Positions 39,634-48,301 of a DNA stretch of 64,000 bases are shown here, piece by piece (position 1 is the first letter of the stretch; each line of letters opens with the position of its first letter). A program made the translations under genes and the position numbers. Where the stretch lies: the sequence record PP942979.1. The stretch is one strand, 5' to 3'. The notes under the pieces are model-generated. The model made no database searches. It was not told where the DNA came from and saw only the letters and a program-made list of their open reading frames with translations.

Positions 39634-40364
39634 TTTTTTGAAGCCACCTTGCCTGTAAGAAGTTTTGCACGTTGCTCTTTCAGTGCTTTCTTCTTAGAAG
39701 GTGAGTGGGCACCGGTGACTGCGTTTTTGTTTTTAGGGAAGAGCTTAGCCTTCTCACGGTCAATCTCTGCCTGAGTAACAGTCTTTTTCTTCGCACCTGG
39801 TTTCACCTTACGATCAGATGGAGTGCTGGCATTACCATTGACCATCTTTTCAGCTTTCATGAACTTAGGCTTGAACGCACCACGCTTACCAGTAACACCG
39901 AACTCGGTCAGCTTGGCCGCACGAATAGCTTTCAGTGCTTTGTCTGAGCCAACACCAGTTTTGATATCGGTAGCGGACAGAGGAAGATTCAAACCGCCCA
40001 GATGATGTTTCTTCGCGTGAGAGTTTGCTTCACGAATCAGAGCTTTCGCCTGCTTTATCTCAGCACTGGCTTTGGTCTTCTCGGTTTTACGAGTTTCCAT
40101 CAGCGCAGTACGCTTAGGCCCTCTAGGCAGTTGACGCACTTTAGTGGCGGCGGTATTCGATTTAATCGAAGCAGAGATGCCAGCGATAGCAGCGGCTTTA
40201 GCTTTCTTCAACAGACCAACAACTGCCTGCAATTCAGCCTTGTACTCAGTCGCTACGATCAGAGTAGTAACGCCACCGACACGAGCTACTTTATATGCCT
40301 GAGGTTTAATACGCGCAGACTCGGACGCTACGGTCTGATTAACATTGATTTTAATAAGTGCCAT
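39630..40364 (-). CDS. Lys-rich putative internal head protein
   Basis: Start moved to ATG 40364 (GAGGA SD); MALIKINVNQTVASESA. Confidence 0.75.
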   Translation of the reverse strand: MALIKINVNQTVASESARIKPQAYKVARVGGVTTLIVATEYKAELQAVVGLLKKAKAAAIAGISASIKSNTAATKVRQLPRGPKRTALMETRKTEKTKASAEIKQAKALIREANSHAKKHHLGGLNLPLSATDIKTGVGSDKALKAIRAAKLTEFGVTGKRGAFKPKFMKAEKMVNGNASTPSDRKVKPGAKKKTVTQAEIDREKAKLFPKNKNAVTGAHSPSKKKALKEQRAKLLTGKVASKK

Positions 40365-40374
40365 TTTGGATTCC

Positions 40375-40977
40375 TCAAACCAGGGCTCTGCCTGGGAGAT
40401 CGAAGTTCTTACCAGCCGAGTAATCACCCAGCGCCTGATAAAGGGAGTCACGCAGCATTTGCTGAATGATATCCGAGTTATGTGCCGAAGCGTCTTTAAA
40501 AGCAACCTCGATTGCTTCTGTTCTCGGATTCAATACAGCATAACGCAGCGGGCAGATCTTTTGCACATCACACCACGCGTCGATTCTGATTTGCAAATCA
40601 GGCGTGATTGGAATACGAAAGTCTGATAGTTGAAACACAACGCTCTGGATAGGAGGAGGCGATGACTCTGACTTAACAGTGTCAGTGCCCAGCTTCTCCA
40701 TAGCCATCGCCGCGTTGTACACGGAGGAGAACTTGGTCTTCAACGTGTTTGTTTCGACGAGCTTATAGCTATTCGCAGCAAGCCCTTGACGACGCAACTT
40801 GGCAATCTTAACAACGTAATCACCAGAGTCGTCAGAAGCAAATGCAACGTAAGCGTAGAACACGAAGCCAGACGCTTCACGCAGCAACTTATGATCTAAG
40901 GCGCGGTCACCTATGATAGCATTCAGTTGTTGCAGACCCATCTGGACTTCGCGTGACAGTGAAACGTAGATTTGCAT
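40375..40977 (-). CDS. Hypothetical protein with MQIYVSLSR N-terminus
   Basis: 200 aa, coupled start. Confidence 0.7.
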   Translation of the reverse strand: MQIYVSLSREVQMGLQQLNAIIGDRALDHKLLREASGFVFYAYVAFASDDSGDYVVKIAKLRRQGLAANSYKLVETNTLKTKFSSVYNAAMAMEKLGTDTVKSESSPPPIQSVVFQLSDFRIPITPDLQIRIDAWCDVQKICPLRYAVLNPRTEAIEVAFKDASAHNSDIIQQMLRDSLYQALGDYSAGKNFDLPGRALV

Positions 40978-41315
40978 TAGCGCAGACGAGCGAGAGCCTG
41001 TTTAGCTTTTGCCAGAGTCTGTTCGTAGTTCGCTTCGTCGTCGAACTCAGGCTCCATGCGGATCTCGATGCCAGAGATATTGAAACCTACATCTTCGTCT
41101 TCATCTTTGGTCACCATGCCGAAACGTGCAACGCCGTTTTTGTAGCTGATGAAACGGAAGTCAAGAATATCTTCCGGACCGCCTAGGTCAGACGGCATAC
41201 CGTCATCCAGCAGATCGAAGAACTCTTTCTTCGTCAGTTTGCTGAACACTGCATTAATAGCAGAGGCAGATTCGGACTTAACAGCTTCGTCCAGATTCAG
41301 TTTGATAAGGGACAT
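40977..41315 (-). CDS. Acidic protein with MSLIKLNLDEAVKSESA N-terminus
   Basis: 112 aa. Confidence 0.7.
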   Translation of the reverse strand: MSLIKLNLDEAVKSESASAINAVFSKLTKKEFFDLLDDGMPSDLGGPEDILDFRFISYKNGVARFGMVTKDEDEDVGFNISGIEIRMEPEFDDEANYEQTLAKAKQALARLR

Positions 41316-41317
41316 GG

Positions 41318-41890
41318 TTAGTGTACTCCAACTTGTTTAGTGATTGTGATAACACGCTGGTACCAACCATAGATGTTATCTTCCTGAGTTTCATCTGCCT
41401 TTGCAATGTTCTTCAACTTCGCAATACGGCAGCCGTTGTAGGCATAAGCCAATACTTTAATGTCGCGTACTTTGACATAGGCGGCAAGAGCAGCCAGCGT
41501 CTTCGGACCAACATTCGCAGCAGGAGTAAAGTCAGGGTAGAGTTTACCACGACCATTCAAGATGTTCAGTTGGTCCTGCAGTTCAGCGATTGCTGCTGGT
41601 GGGCCTGAATTAACAGCGTAGTCGAATACCCACAGTGCCAGCTCCTGGCTATACTTCGCAATTTCATCACACTTGCAGAAATCCCAGAAGTTAGCGCTGT
41701 AGATCTTATACGCGATCTCATAAGGCAGGTCTTGCATCGCACCCTTGTAACCATAGGCACGAGCGTTCTTTTCAGTGACGCCCCAACGAGTAGGACCGCC
41801 ACGGTCAGCAGCACGGTTAGTGTACGTCGAGCCACCTTCGCGATCAATAACCTCAGCGATAGCGTTCTTTCTAAACGTCAATGCGTCCAT
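41318..41890 (-). CDS. GH108 N-acetylmuramidase (endolysin)
   Basis: REGGSTY...DRGGPTRWGVT, FDYAVNSG, VGPKTLAAL, YGWYQR. Confidence 0.9.
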   Translation of the reverse strand: MDALTFRKNAIAEVIDREGGSTYTNRAADRGGPTRWGVTEKNARAYGYKGAMQDLPYEIAYKIYSANFWDFCKCDEIAKYSQELALWVFDYAVNSGPPAAIAELQDQLNILNGRGKLYPDFTPAANVGPKTLAALAAYVKVRDIKVLAYAYNGCRIAKLKNIAKADETQEDNIYGWYQRVITITKQVGVH

Positions 41891-41925
41891 AATAAAGCCC
41901 TCTGTTAGACAGACTAAAATTAGCG

Positions 41926-42768
41926 TTAGATGAACAAGTTTGTCTTCTTGAACTTCATCTTAGGGCGGGTGCCTGGAGCAGACACGATAGCATCAAAATC
42001 GGTCGTATCGAACTTACAAAACGCACGGAACTGAGGACTATAGAAGAATGCTTTGTCCAACACAGGAGATTCATCTGCGCCTGTTTGAGTCTGAGCAAAT
42101 ACACCATCATACGTCGGGAACGAAATGCCAGGCTGTCCGTTAGCACCACTTACTGTAGTAGAGGTTGGGAGGCCCATCATAGCGTAACCAAAGTTTGGTG
42201 TTTCTGTGGCTGCGTATGTTCTGAATGTACAAGCACCAGTAGACCCACCAGCTGAGGCAGTAGATGCCGCAGTCTCACCTGTCGCTCTTACATATCTAAT
42301 ACCGATGAATCCTGTGGCATACTGACCGTACGGACAGTTACCGTCATGCAGATTCATAGGAGGCAACTGTATAGGCTGACCTGAAATCATTCCTGTTGTC
42401 AGAAAGACAGTTGTTAAGGTGCTGGAGTTAAGCAACAAATAAGACTGGGCTTCGGCGATACTTGAGTTACCGCTCAATCCCCACGCCGTATTTTGTTGAA
42501 CAATATCAGTGTCGTTGGTCAAAGAATTGGACGCAGCGTGCATATACTTCAAACAGGTGAAGTGATATTTGTTTGCCTTGCGACCACGAATAGGATTGAG
42601 AAAGCCGTTGAAGCCAAGCACCGCTCGCGCGGTTCTGGCAAGCGTGTTTGCTTTCGTCATGTCCGTAAGCACGGAGAAGTCGGACGGCTCTCGACTGTCA
42701 TATAGAAAGACGTTAGGCATAGTGGGTGAGGGCCCAGCTAAGCCAGCGAATGAAGATATGTACTGCAT
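41926..42768 (-). CDS. Hypothetical, probably structural, protein
   Basis: 280 aa Thr/Gly/Ser-rich; TAATTT promoter. Confidence 0.6.
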   Translation of the reverse strand: MQYISSFAGLAGPSPTMPNVFLYDSREPSDFSVLTDMTKANTLARTARAVLGFNGFLNPIRGRKANKYHFTCLKYMHAASNSLTNDTDIVQQNTAWGLSGNSSIAEAQSYLLLNSSTLTTVFLTTGMISGQPIQLPPMNLHDGNCPYGQYATGFIGIRYVRATGETAASTASAGGSTGACTFRTYAATETPNFGYAMMGLPTSTTVSGANGQPGISFPTYDGVFAQTQTGADESPVLDKAFFYSPQFRAFCKFDTTDFDAIVSAPGTRPKMKFKKTNLFI

Positions 42769-42835
42769 AGTTTCTACCTCAGGTAGGTTGATTACAAGGT
42801 ACTGCGCGTTGAGGTAAAATTAGTTCCAAGATCGA

Positions 42836-42856
42836 CAAAAGGGGCCGAAGCCCCTT
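42836..42856 (-). terminator. Intrinsic terminator
   Basis: GGGGC-TTCG-GCCCC then TTTT. Confidence 0.8.
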
Positions 42857-43205
42857 AGAATGTCCAACGTGTCGCCCAAGCGATTAAGCCGGAGAGAATA
42901 CCGATGTGAGACAGATACGCGTACTGCAACACGTAACCCTTCACGTAGTGCTTGAGACCACCAGCATATGCACCGTCATAAATGGCAGCGATTATGGTGA
43001 ACGACATTACGTAGGTGAATACGTGCCACTTCGTCATCTCCATCACCTCGTAACAGAACACAATCAGAAAGAGAGCTACGGTCATGAGGTATACAGTGCG
43101 TTTGATTTCCGTCAGGTTAATACAGAGAACAACAGGACGTATCAGAAACGCAGCGAGTATCGACACCCAGATTAACGTTTCGTAATCGGTTGACATATTA
43201 GACAC
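42855..43205 (-). CDS. Small membrane protein (holin candidate)
   Basis: 3-4 hydrophobic segments; two possible Met starts; near endolysin. Confidence 0.5.
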   Translation of the reverse strand: MSNMSTDYETLIWVSILAAFLIRPVVLCINLTEIKRTVYLMTVALFLIVFCYEVMEMTKWHVFTYVMSFTIIAAIYDGAYAGGLKHYVKGYVLQYAYLSHIGILSGLIAWATRWTF

Positions 43206-43911
43206 CCTGATTAGCGAGATAGGTATCGGTGATGTTCGAGGTCTTCTCTACGTTACCGCGAATGTAACCTATCTCGAACACCTGAACGTTGTGTTTGACA
43301 ACAGCTTCACCAACTGTCTCACACGCACCGCTATTCAAATCAAGGAAGGCCTGACACAAACGCTCTGCTACAGGCTTGGCCAAGATCTTCATCAGCGTGT
43401 GCTTTTGGATTGCAGTCAGCTTGATAGGCAGTGCTTCGATCTCACGCTCGATATTCTTACGACCGCCGTGATAAATCCAGCGACAGATAGTTGCAGTCAA
43501 AGGCTTTTGGTGAGTCTTTGAAGGCAACGTATAGATGTACGTCATCAGACGATAGAACAGGCTGCCGTCGATTGCACGTTTCTTGAGGTCATCAAGATAC
43601 TTACCAACAGGACTCAGCTTGCCTTTCTGCGGCTCCATCTGATCGAGTTTGAGATCAACATCAAGCCCGTAACGACGCAGCGTTTCAGAATGTCCAAACA
43701 CAAAGACAATGTGGTCAGGCATATCACGAATAGCAACAGCATTACGGCTATACTCTTTCTCGCCGACAACGAACATGTACTTACGATATTTCTTGGATGG
43801 ATCAATGACACCACCAAGTGGAACGAAGGTCACACGATCAGCCTGACCTTTCTTTCTCAGCCAGCCCAGCACTTGCTCTGGGCTCTGCCGCGTTACTGCG
43901 ATTACAGGCAT
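43198..43911 (-). CDS. Hypothetical protein
   Basis: 237 aa alpha/beta then helical; possibly a clamp-loader delta-like subunit (weak inference). Confidence 0.55.
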   Translation of the reverse strand: MPVIAVTRQSPEQVLGWLRKKGQADRVTFVPLGGVIDPSKKYRKYMFVVGEKEYSRNAVAIRDMPDHIVFVFGHSETLRRYGLDVDLKLDQMEPQKGKLSPVGKYLDDLKKRAIDGSLFYRLMTYIYTLPSKTHQKPLTATICRWIYHGGRKNIEREIEALPIKLTAIQKHTLMKILAKPVAERLCQAFLDLNSGACETVGEAVVKHNVQVFEIGYIRGNVEKTSNITDTYLANQGV

Positions 43912-43913
43912 CG

Positions 43914-44237
43914 TTACTCCACCGTGTTAAGGGCTTGTGCCGTGTACTCACGCAGAGTACGTTCGATATTCTGCGCCAGCGTCGGGTGACAGATAAGCTG
44001 ATGATCTTTCATGTATACACGCAGCGAAGGACGCATCACCTTGCGAACCTGTGGATAGACGCCGAAGATTTTATGCAGAGGTGTCTTGTAATAAAACTCC
44101 TCCTGCTCGTCCATGCAGTTAATGTTTGCCACAACTTCGTACTTGGCAAAGATAGCTGGGTTACGATTGATGTACGCAGGTTCAATCGGCACACTGCCTT
44201 TCTCGTGATCGCTATTGAGCTTACCGAAGATCATCAC
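43914..44237 (-). CDS. Hypothetical protein
   Basis: 107 aa, overlaps sbcC stop. Confidence 0.65.
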   Translation of the reverse strand: MMIFGKLNSDHEKGSVPIEPAYINRNPAIFAKYEVVANINCMDEQEEFYYKTPLHKIFGVYPQVRKVMRPSLRVYMKDHQLICHPTLAQNIERTLREYTAQALNTVE

Positions 44238-46564
44238 ATTACCTTACGCGTTAACTCAGACACACCACCTTGCTTGGTGATAGTCCATTGGTTGTCAGAG
44301 AAGTGCTCAACGTCCAGAGGGGTAATCCAGTAAACGTTAGGGATGATTTGCTTGAGAATCGGTAGGAAGTTCTTCACGATATGATCGCGTGTCGCATCAC
44401 TACAGGAGTTCTCAGGTTCATCGAGCACAATAAAGTTTGTACGTCGATTAGCAGGAATGAATGGCATGATCGCAACAGCAAACAACAAGCGGAAACAGTT
44501 TGTCTCTGCACCACTCATGATTGCAATGTCAGTCGTCTTCTTCGACACCAGACGAGTAACGGTTGCACCAACACCCTGCTTGGTAGTAAACAGTTCGAAG
44601 TGCATCGGCTCAGGGAACACCAGACCGGAGTATTCGTTCAGCTTCTTCTCAATCTGTTTGAGACGGCCTTCAACCGCTTTCAGTTTGAGAGCATTGTTGC
44701 TGTACGCCTTATACAGGACTTCGAATACCTTGCGCTTGTCGATTAGCGGTTGCAGGTCTGCGAGCTTGCTGCGAAGTTCACGTAACGTTTCTTCGTAGTG
44801 TTCGTGTTCCTGAATGCGCATCTGGATGTTCTGTGCCTTGCGCTCCTTCTTCTCAATGTCTGCGATCAGCTTCTCAACTTCGGCGCTAACCTTTTTGTAC
44901 TCACCATCGATCAGATAGAACTCACGGTCAGGCTTACCAACGCCTTTGATTGCAGCACGAAGGTCTTTCAGAATCTCAAGATCCTTGATTCGGTTCTTGA
45001 TTGTCTTACGAGCTTTCTTGGGCTGCTTAACCGCTTTAGGTTTCTTGAGCGCATCACGCTTGGCCACCAGCTTCTCATACTTCTTCGCTGTCTCGAACTG
45101 TTCTTCGATTTCATCCAGCTTAGTGCCGACTGCATTGAGTTGCTTTTCAAGGTCTTTACGTTTATGCTTCGGCTTCTTGACCTTCTCTGCCTGCAATTCA
45201 GTGAGCTGGTCATTCAGCTTGTAGTAGTCGAGAGCTTCGATGCACTCGTCAATGATCGACTGAGCTTTCGTTGCAGCGCGAGCCATAGCTTTAAGGTCAA
45301 CATCTTGCCCACAGGTAGGACATGAGTTGCCGTCGTGATCGTGTTCCTGAAACGCACGATACGCCTGAACTATTGCTTTGGATTCTGCGCGGGCATCTTG
45401 TGCCTCTTCCTGAGTTCGTTTAGGAGCTTTGAGCTTAGACAGCTTTTTACTGAGCTTGTCCACGGCTTCTCGCCAGTCGTCGTACTCTTCCTGTTGTTCA
45501 TCGACTTTCTCCAGTAACGCTTCGAGGCTCTCTTCCTCTTTTACCAGTGCTCCGTGCTTCTTACGCAGCTTCTTGTTGTCAAGCGCCGCAACGTCACCGA
45601 GTGCTTTGATTTTCTTTTTGACTTCGGACAGCTCGGACTGATATTCGTCCAGTGCTTCCACAAAGTCATCGTAACGGTCATGCTCAATCAACAGACCACG
45701 TAAGGTATTCAGTTCACCTTTGAGATCGTCCGTCTCGATGCCTAACGTGTCGAGTTCATGCTTGAGCTTCTCGTACTTCTTCGCGGTTGTGCGCTGAGTA
45801 CCGAGTTCAATCAGGAGTTCCGACAGTTCGTTACGTTTGGCTTTCATCTTATCCGACTGCTTGATGATTGCCGCCAGCGTGTTCTTTTCTTCGGCGTGAA
45901 TCGACAGCGCGTTTTGTTTACGCTGTGTAACGTCCAGCATGTCCGCCAGACCTTTCGATTCTGTCTCGGCATCTTTAGCCAAGTCCAGTTTCTTCTTCAA
46001 CGCCGCACGAATGTTATCGAACACATCCAGATTGAATAACGAGGTCAGGTACTTTAAACGATCAGCAGGTTGCGCACGTTGGAAGGGATGCGGTATCTGC
46101 GACTGAATGTAGGCATAGCTGTAGAACTCGTCTTTCGACAACGGCCAATGCTTTGAGATCCACGAACGCGCTACGTCCTGACGACCTACCTTCTGGTCTT
46201 CACCGTTGTAATAAACTTTGTAGCTCTTGGCTGTTTGCTCAATACGAACAATACCACCCAACGGAGATTGCCATGACAGATCGATAACGCTGCCCTTACT
46301 GAGCATGTTACCCTTGTCTTTCTTTTTCAGAGCAAGAGGGTCAGCTTCGTAGAGCAGCGTGGGTATTGCACCGAACAGGAGACTTTTGCCTACGCCGTTC
46401 GTATTGTCTTTAACGTTTGGACTGTCGAGGTTTCTGCCGCAGATAGTTGCGAAGCCTTCACTGTCCAATGTGTCAATATCAAGTTCTTTATACACGCCAA
46501 CATCGCGAAGGTGAATCTCCTTCAAGCCGATGCCGTGGTTCTGCTTTTGCTTCGCTTTGGCCAT
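44234..46564 (-). CDS. sbcC: SbcC/Rad50/gp46-like ABC ATPase
   Basis: NGVGKS, coiled coils around CPTCGQ zinc hook, MSGAE, IVLDEPE. Confidence 0.9.
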   Translation of the reverse strand: MAKAKQKQNHGIGLKEIHLRDVGVYKELDIDTLDSEGFATICGRNLDSPNVKDNTNGVGKSLLFGAIPTLLYEADPLALKKKDKGNMLSKGSVIDLSWQSPLGGIVRIEQTAKSYKVYYNGEDQKVGRQDVARSWISKHWPLSKDEFYSYAYIQSQIPHPFQRAQPADRLKYLTSLFNLDVFDNIRAALKKKLDLAKDAETESKGLADMLDVTQRKQNALSIHAEEKNTLAAIIKQSDKMKAKRNELSELLIELGTQRTTAKKYEKLKHELDTLGIETDDLKGELNTLRGLLIEHDRYDDFVEALDEYQSELSEVKKKIKALGDVAALDNKKLRKKHGALVKEEESLEALLEKVDEQQEEYDDWREAVDKLSKKLSKLKAPKRTQEEAQDARAESKAIVQAYRAFQEHDHDGNSCPTCGQDVDLKAMARAATKAQSIIDECIEALDYYKLNDQLTELQAEKVKKPKHKRKDLEKQLNAVGTKLDEIEEQFETAKKYEKLVAKRDALKKPKAVKQPKKARKTIKNRIKDLEILKDLRAAIKGVGKPDREFYLIDGEYKKVSAEVEKLIADIEKKERKAQNIQMRIQEHEHYEETLRELRSKLADLQPLIDKRKVFEVLYKAYSNNALKLKAVEGRLKQIEKKLNEYSGLVFPEPMHFELFTTKQGVGATVTRLVSKKTTDIAIMSGAETNCFRLLFAVAIMPFIPANRRTNFIVLDEPENSCSDATRDHIVKNFLPILKQIIPNVYWITPLDVEHFSDNQWTITKQGGVSELTRKVM

Positions 46565-46767
46565 TAGATATACTCGAAGGTTTCTTCCTGAATAAGACCT
46601 TTACCGTGAATCTGCTCGAACACTTCGATCTCGTCATCGGTATACGGCTCGGCTGCTTCTGCAATCACATCGTAACTGACAGATTCGTCTTTGCGGCCTT
46701 CACCGTAGTAATGAACAGGCTTGACGATGCGCCAGACAGGGACTTGTATTAGTTCGCGCTTTAACAT
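46564..46767 (-). CDS. Hypothetical protein
   Basis: 67 aa, coupled at both ends. Confidence 0.65.
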   Translation of the reverse strand: MLKRELIQVPVWRIVKPVHYYGEGRKDESVSYDVIAEAAEPYTDDEIEVFEQIHGKGLIQEETFEYI

Positions 46768-46976
46768 TAGTGGAACACCGCAGTTGGTTCAACCCACAAT
46801 TCAGCAGCGTTATACTTTTTACGCAGCTCGTTCAGCACGGTATCAGACACAGGGCTGGTGGACGAGAAAATACACTGAGGCACTTTCTCTTCCTGACCTG
46901 TTACCGGATTAATATCGTGGTCGTGACGCATTACGTTCCAGCGTTTGTTTACGCGGATATTGATAGTGTGTTCCAT
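46767..46976 (-). CDS. Hypothetical protein
   Basis: 69 aa, first gene after CTGTAAAT at 47014. Confidence 0.65.
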   Translation of the reverse strand: MEHTINIRVNKRWNVMRHDHDINPVTGQEEKVPQCIFSSTSPVSDTVLNELRKKYNAAELWVEPTAVFH

Positions 46977-47038
46977 AGTTGTATGCCCAGGTTTGGTATG
47001 AAAGATACTGCTTATTTACAGTTTCTAGGCGTATAGAT

Positions 47039-47075
47039 AAAAAGAAGGGCCACCAGCAATGGCAGCCCCGTCTTT
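47039..47075 (-). terminator. Intrinsic terminator with tandem wobble
   Basis: GGGCTGCC-ATTGCT-GGTGGCCC then TTCTTTT. Confidence 0.75.
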
Positions 47076-47523
47076 AGTAGCGTCTTGGTTTCTTTGGCTT
47101 CTTAATCTTGGTGGACTTCGGACGCTTGATACGCTGCAATGCCTTACGTGCCTCAGCAATCTGACCAGACAGAGTAGCGCGTTGTTTCTTCACGGCATCT
47201 GTATCTTGGTCAGTGCCTTTCAGTTTATCAAGGCGGTTCCACTCTTTGACCAAACGATCAACGACAGCAGCACGACTAACACGTTGCTGATTGGTACGCA
47301 CAATATCCTGCTGCGTCTTTACCGAGCGTTGCGCTTCTAATACTTTGGCACGTCCTGACTCAATGCCTTTCGTATCACCGTCAGACTGTTTTTCGTTGAG
47401 CGTCTTACGTGCCACGGTTGCTCTGCGTTGTGCTCCTTTCAGATCATCACGCGAGTTCTCTAAACTGACTTTCGTTTCTTCAAGTGGGCTGGTACGCGCA
47501 CTCAAGCTAATGAGGATTTTCAT
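47074..47523 (-). CDS. Basic coiled-coil protein with MKILISLSA N-terminus
   Basis: 149 aa, Lys/Arg-rich tail. Confidence 0.7.
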   Translation of the reverse strand: MKILISLSARTSPLEETKVSLENSRDDLKGAQRRATVARKTLNEKQSDGDTKGIESGRAKVLEAQRSVKTQQDIVRTNQQRVSRAAVVDRLVKEWNRLDKLKGTDQDTDAVKKQRATLSGQIAEARKALQRIKRPKSTKIKKPKKPRRY

Positions 47524-47538
47524 AACGGCTCCAGAAAT

Positions 47539-47566
47539 GAAAAAGGGCAGCCGAAGCCACCCTTTT
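47539..47566 (-). terminator. Intrinsic terminator, tandem-wobble family
   Basis: AGGGTGGC-TTCG-GCTGCCCT then TTTTCATTTC. Confidence 0.85.
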
Positions 47567-47654
47567 GTAGAATGGCGCGCTATGCACCCGACTGTTAAGT
47601 CTACTACGGTTATTTTACCTCGCAGTAGTCAGCGAGGAGATTGGGATCACCTCC

Positions 47655-48191
47655 TCATGCTGATTGAAGATCGACAACTTCCTCGTCTTCTATATCAGCG
47701 GCAGACCACGAACGAAGCACGGACGCATTGCCGCGATTGCCCGTCAGCATAGATTTAACTGCTGGTTTGGCATCGCGCTCTGCATAGTAGTTGCTAAGAG
47801 CGTTCTCATTAGCGAACCACAGAATGGAGTGACCACCTTTCGGGCAGATCAGGAATTGTGCTGGACGCTGCGGAACGTTCAACGTCATATAAAAATCACC
47901 AGCACCAGTAGGACCCATCATAGGCATGGGTTTCATGATCTGCATAAAATCGTTGGCATCTTTAAGGCGAGTATCGCCTAACAGCCAGAGAGCACCTTCT
48001 TCACCTTCACGCACGGCAGACAATGTACCTTTGCGAGTAGTGATTGAACCGAATACATCCTGATCAAATCGAGCCAGACCAAAGATAAGCGATGCGAGTT
48101 TCTTTAAATCAGGAGTGGTGCATGGGCTATCAATTTTCGCCATGCCCTCAGACCCAATTGTAATCTTCGACAGTGATACAAAGATTTCCAT
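47655..48191 (-). CDS. Hypothetical protein with MEIFVSLSK N-terminus
   Basis: 178 aa, TAATTT promoter. Confidence 0.7.
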   Translation of the reverse strand: MEIFVSLSKITIGSEGMAKIDSPCTTPDLKKLASLIFGLARFDQDVFGSITTRKGTLSAVREGEEGALWLLGDTRLKDANDFMQIMKPMPMMGPTGAGDFYMTLNVPQRPAQFLICPKGGHSILWFANENALSNYYAERDAKPAVKSMLTGNRGNASVLRSWSAADIEDEEVVDLQSA

Positions 48192-48258
48192 TTATTGTCT
48201 TCCAGAGCTGTATGATTAATTGTAGTTAAAATTATCGTTCAGTCAGACATTTCTGAAA

Positions 48259-48292
48259 TAAAAATGGGCAGCACTTTGGCCACCCATTTTTC
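48259..48292 (-). terminator. Intrinsic terminator, tandem-wobble family
   Basis: ATGGGTGGC-CAAAGT-GCTGCCCAT then TTTTATTTC. Confidence 0.8.
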
Positions 48293-48301
48293 ACTTATTT
48301 A

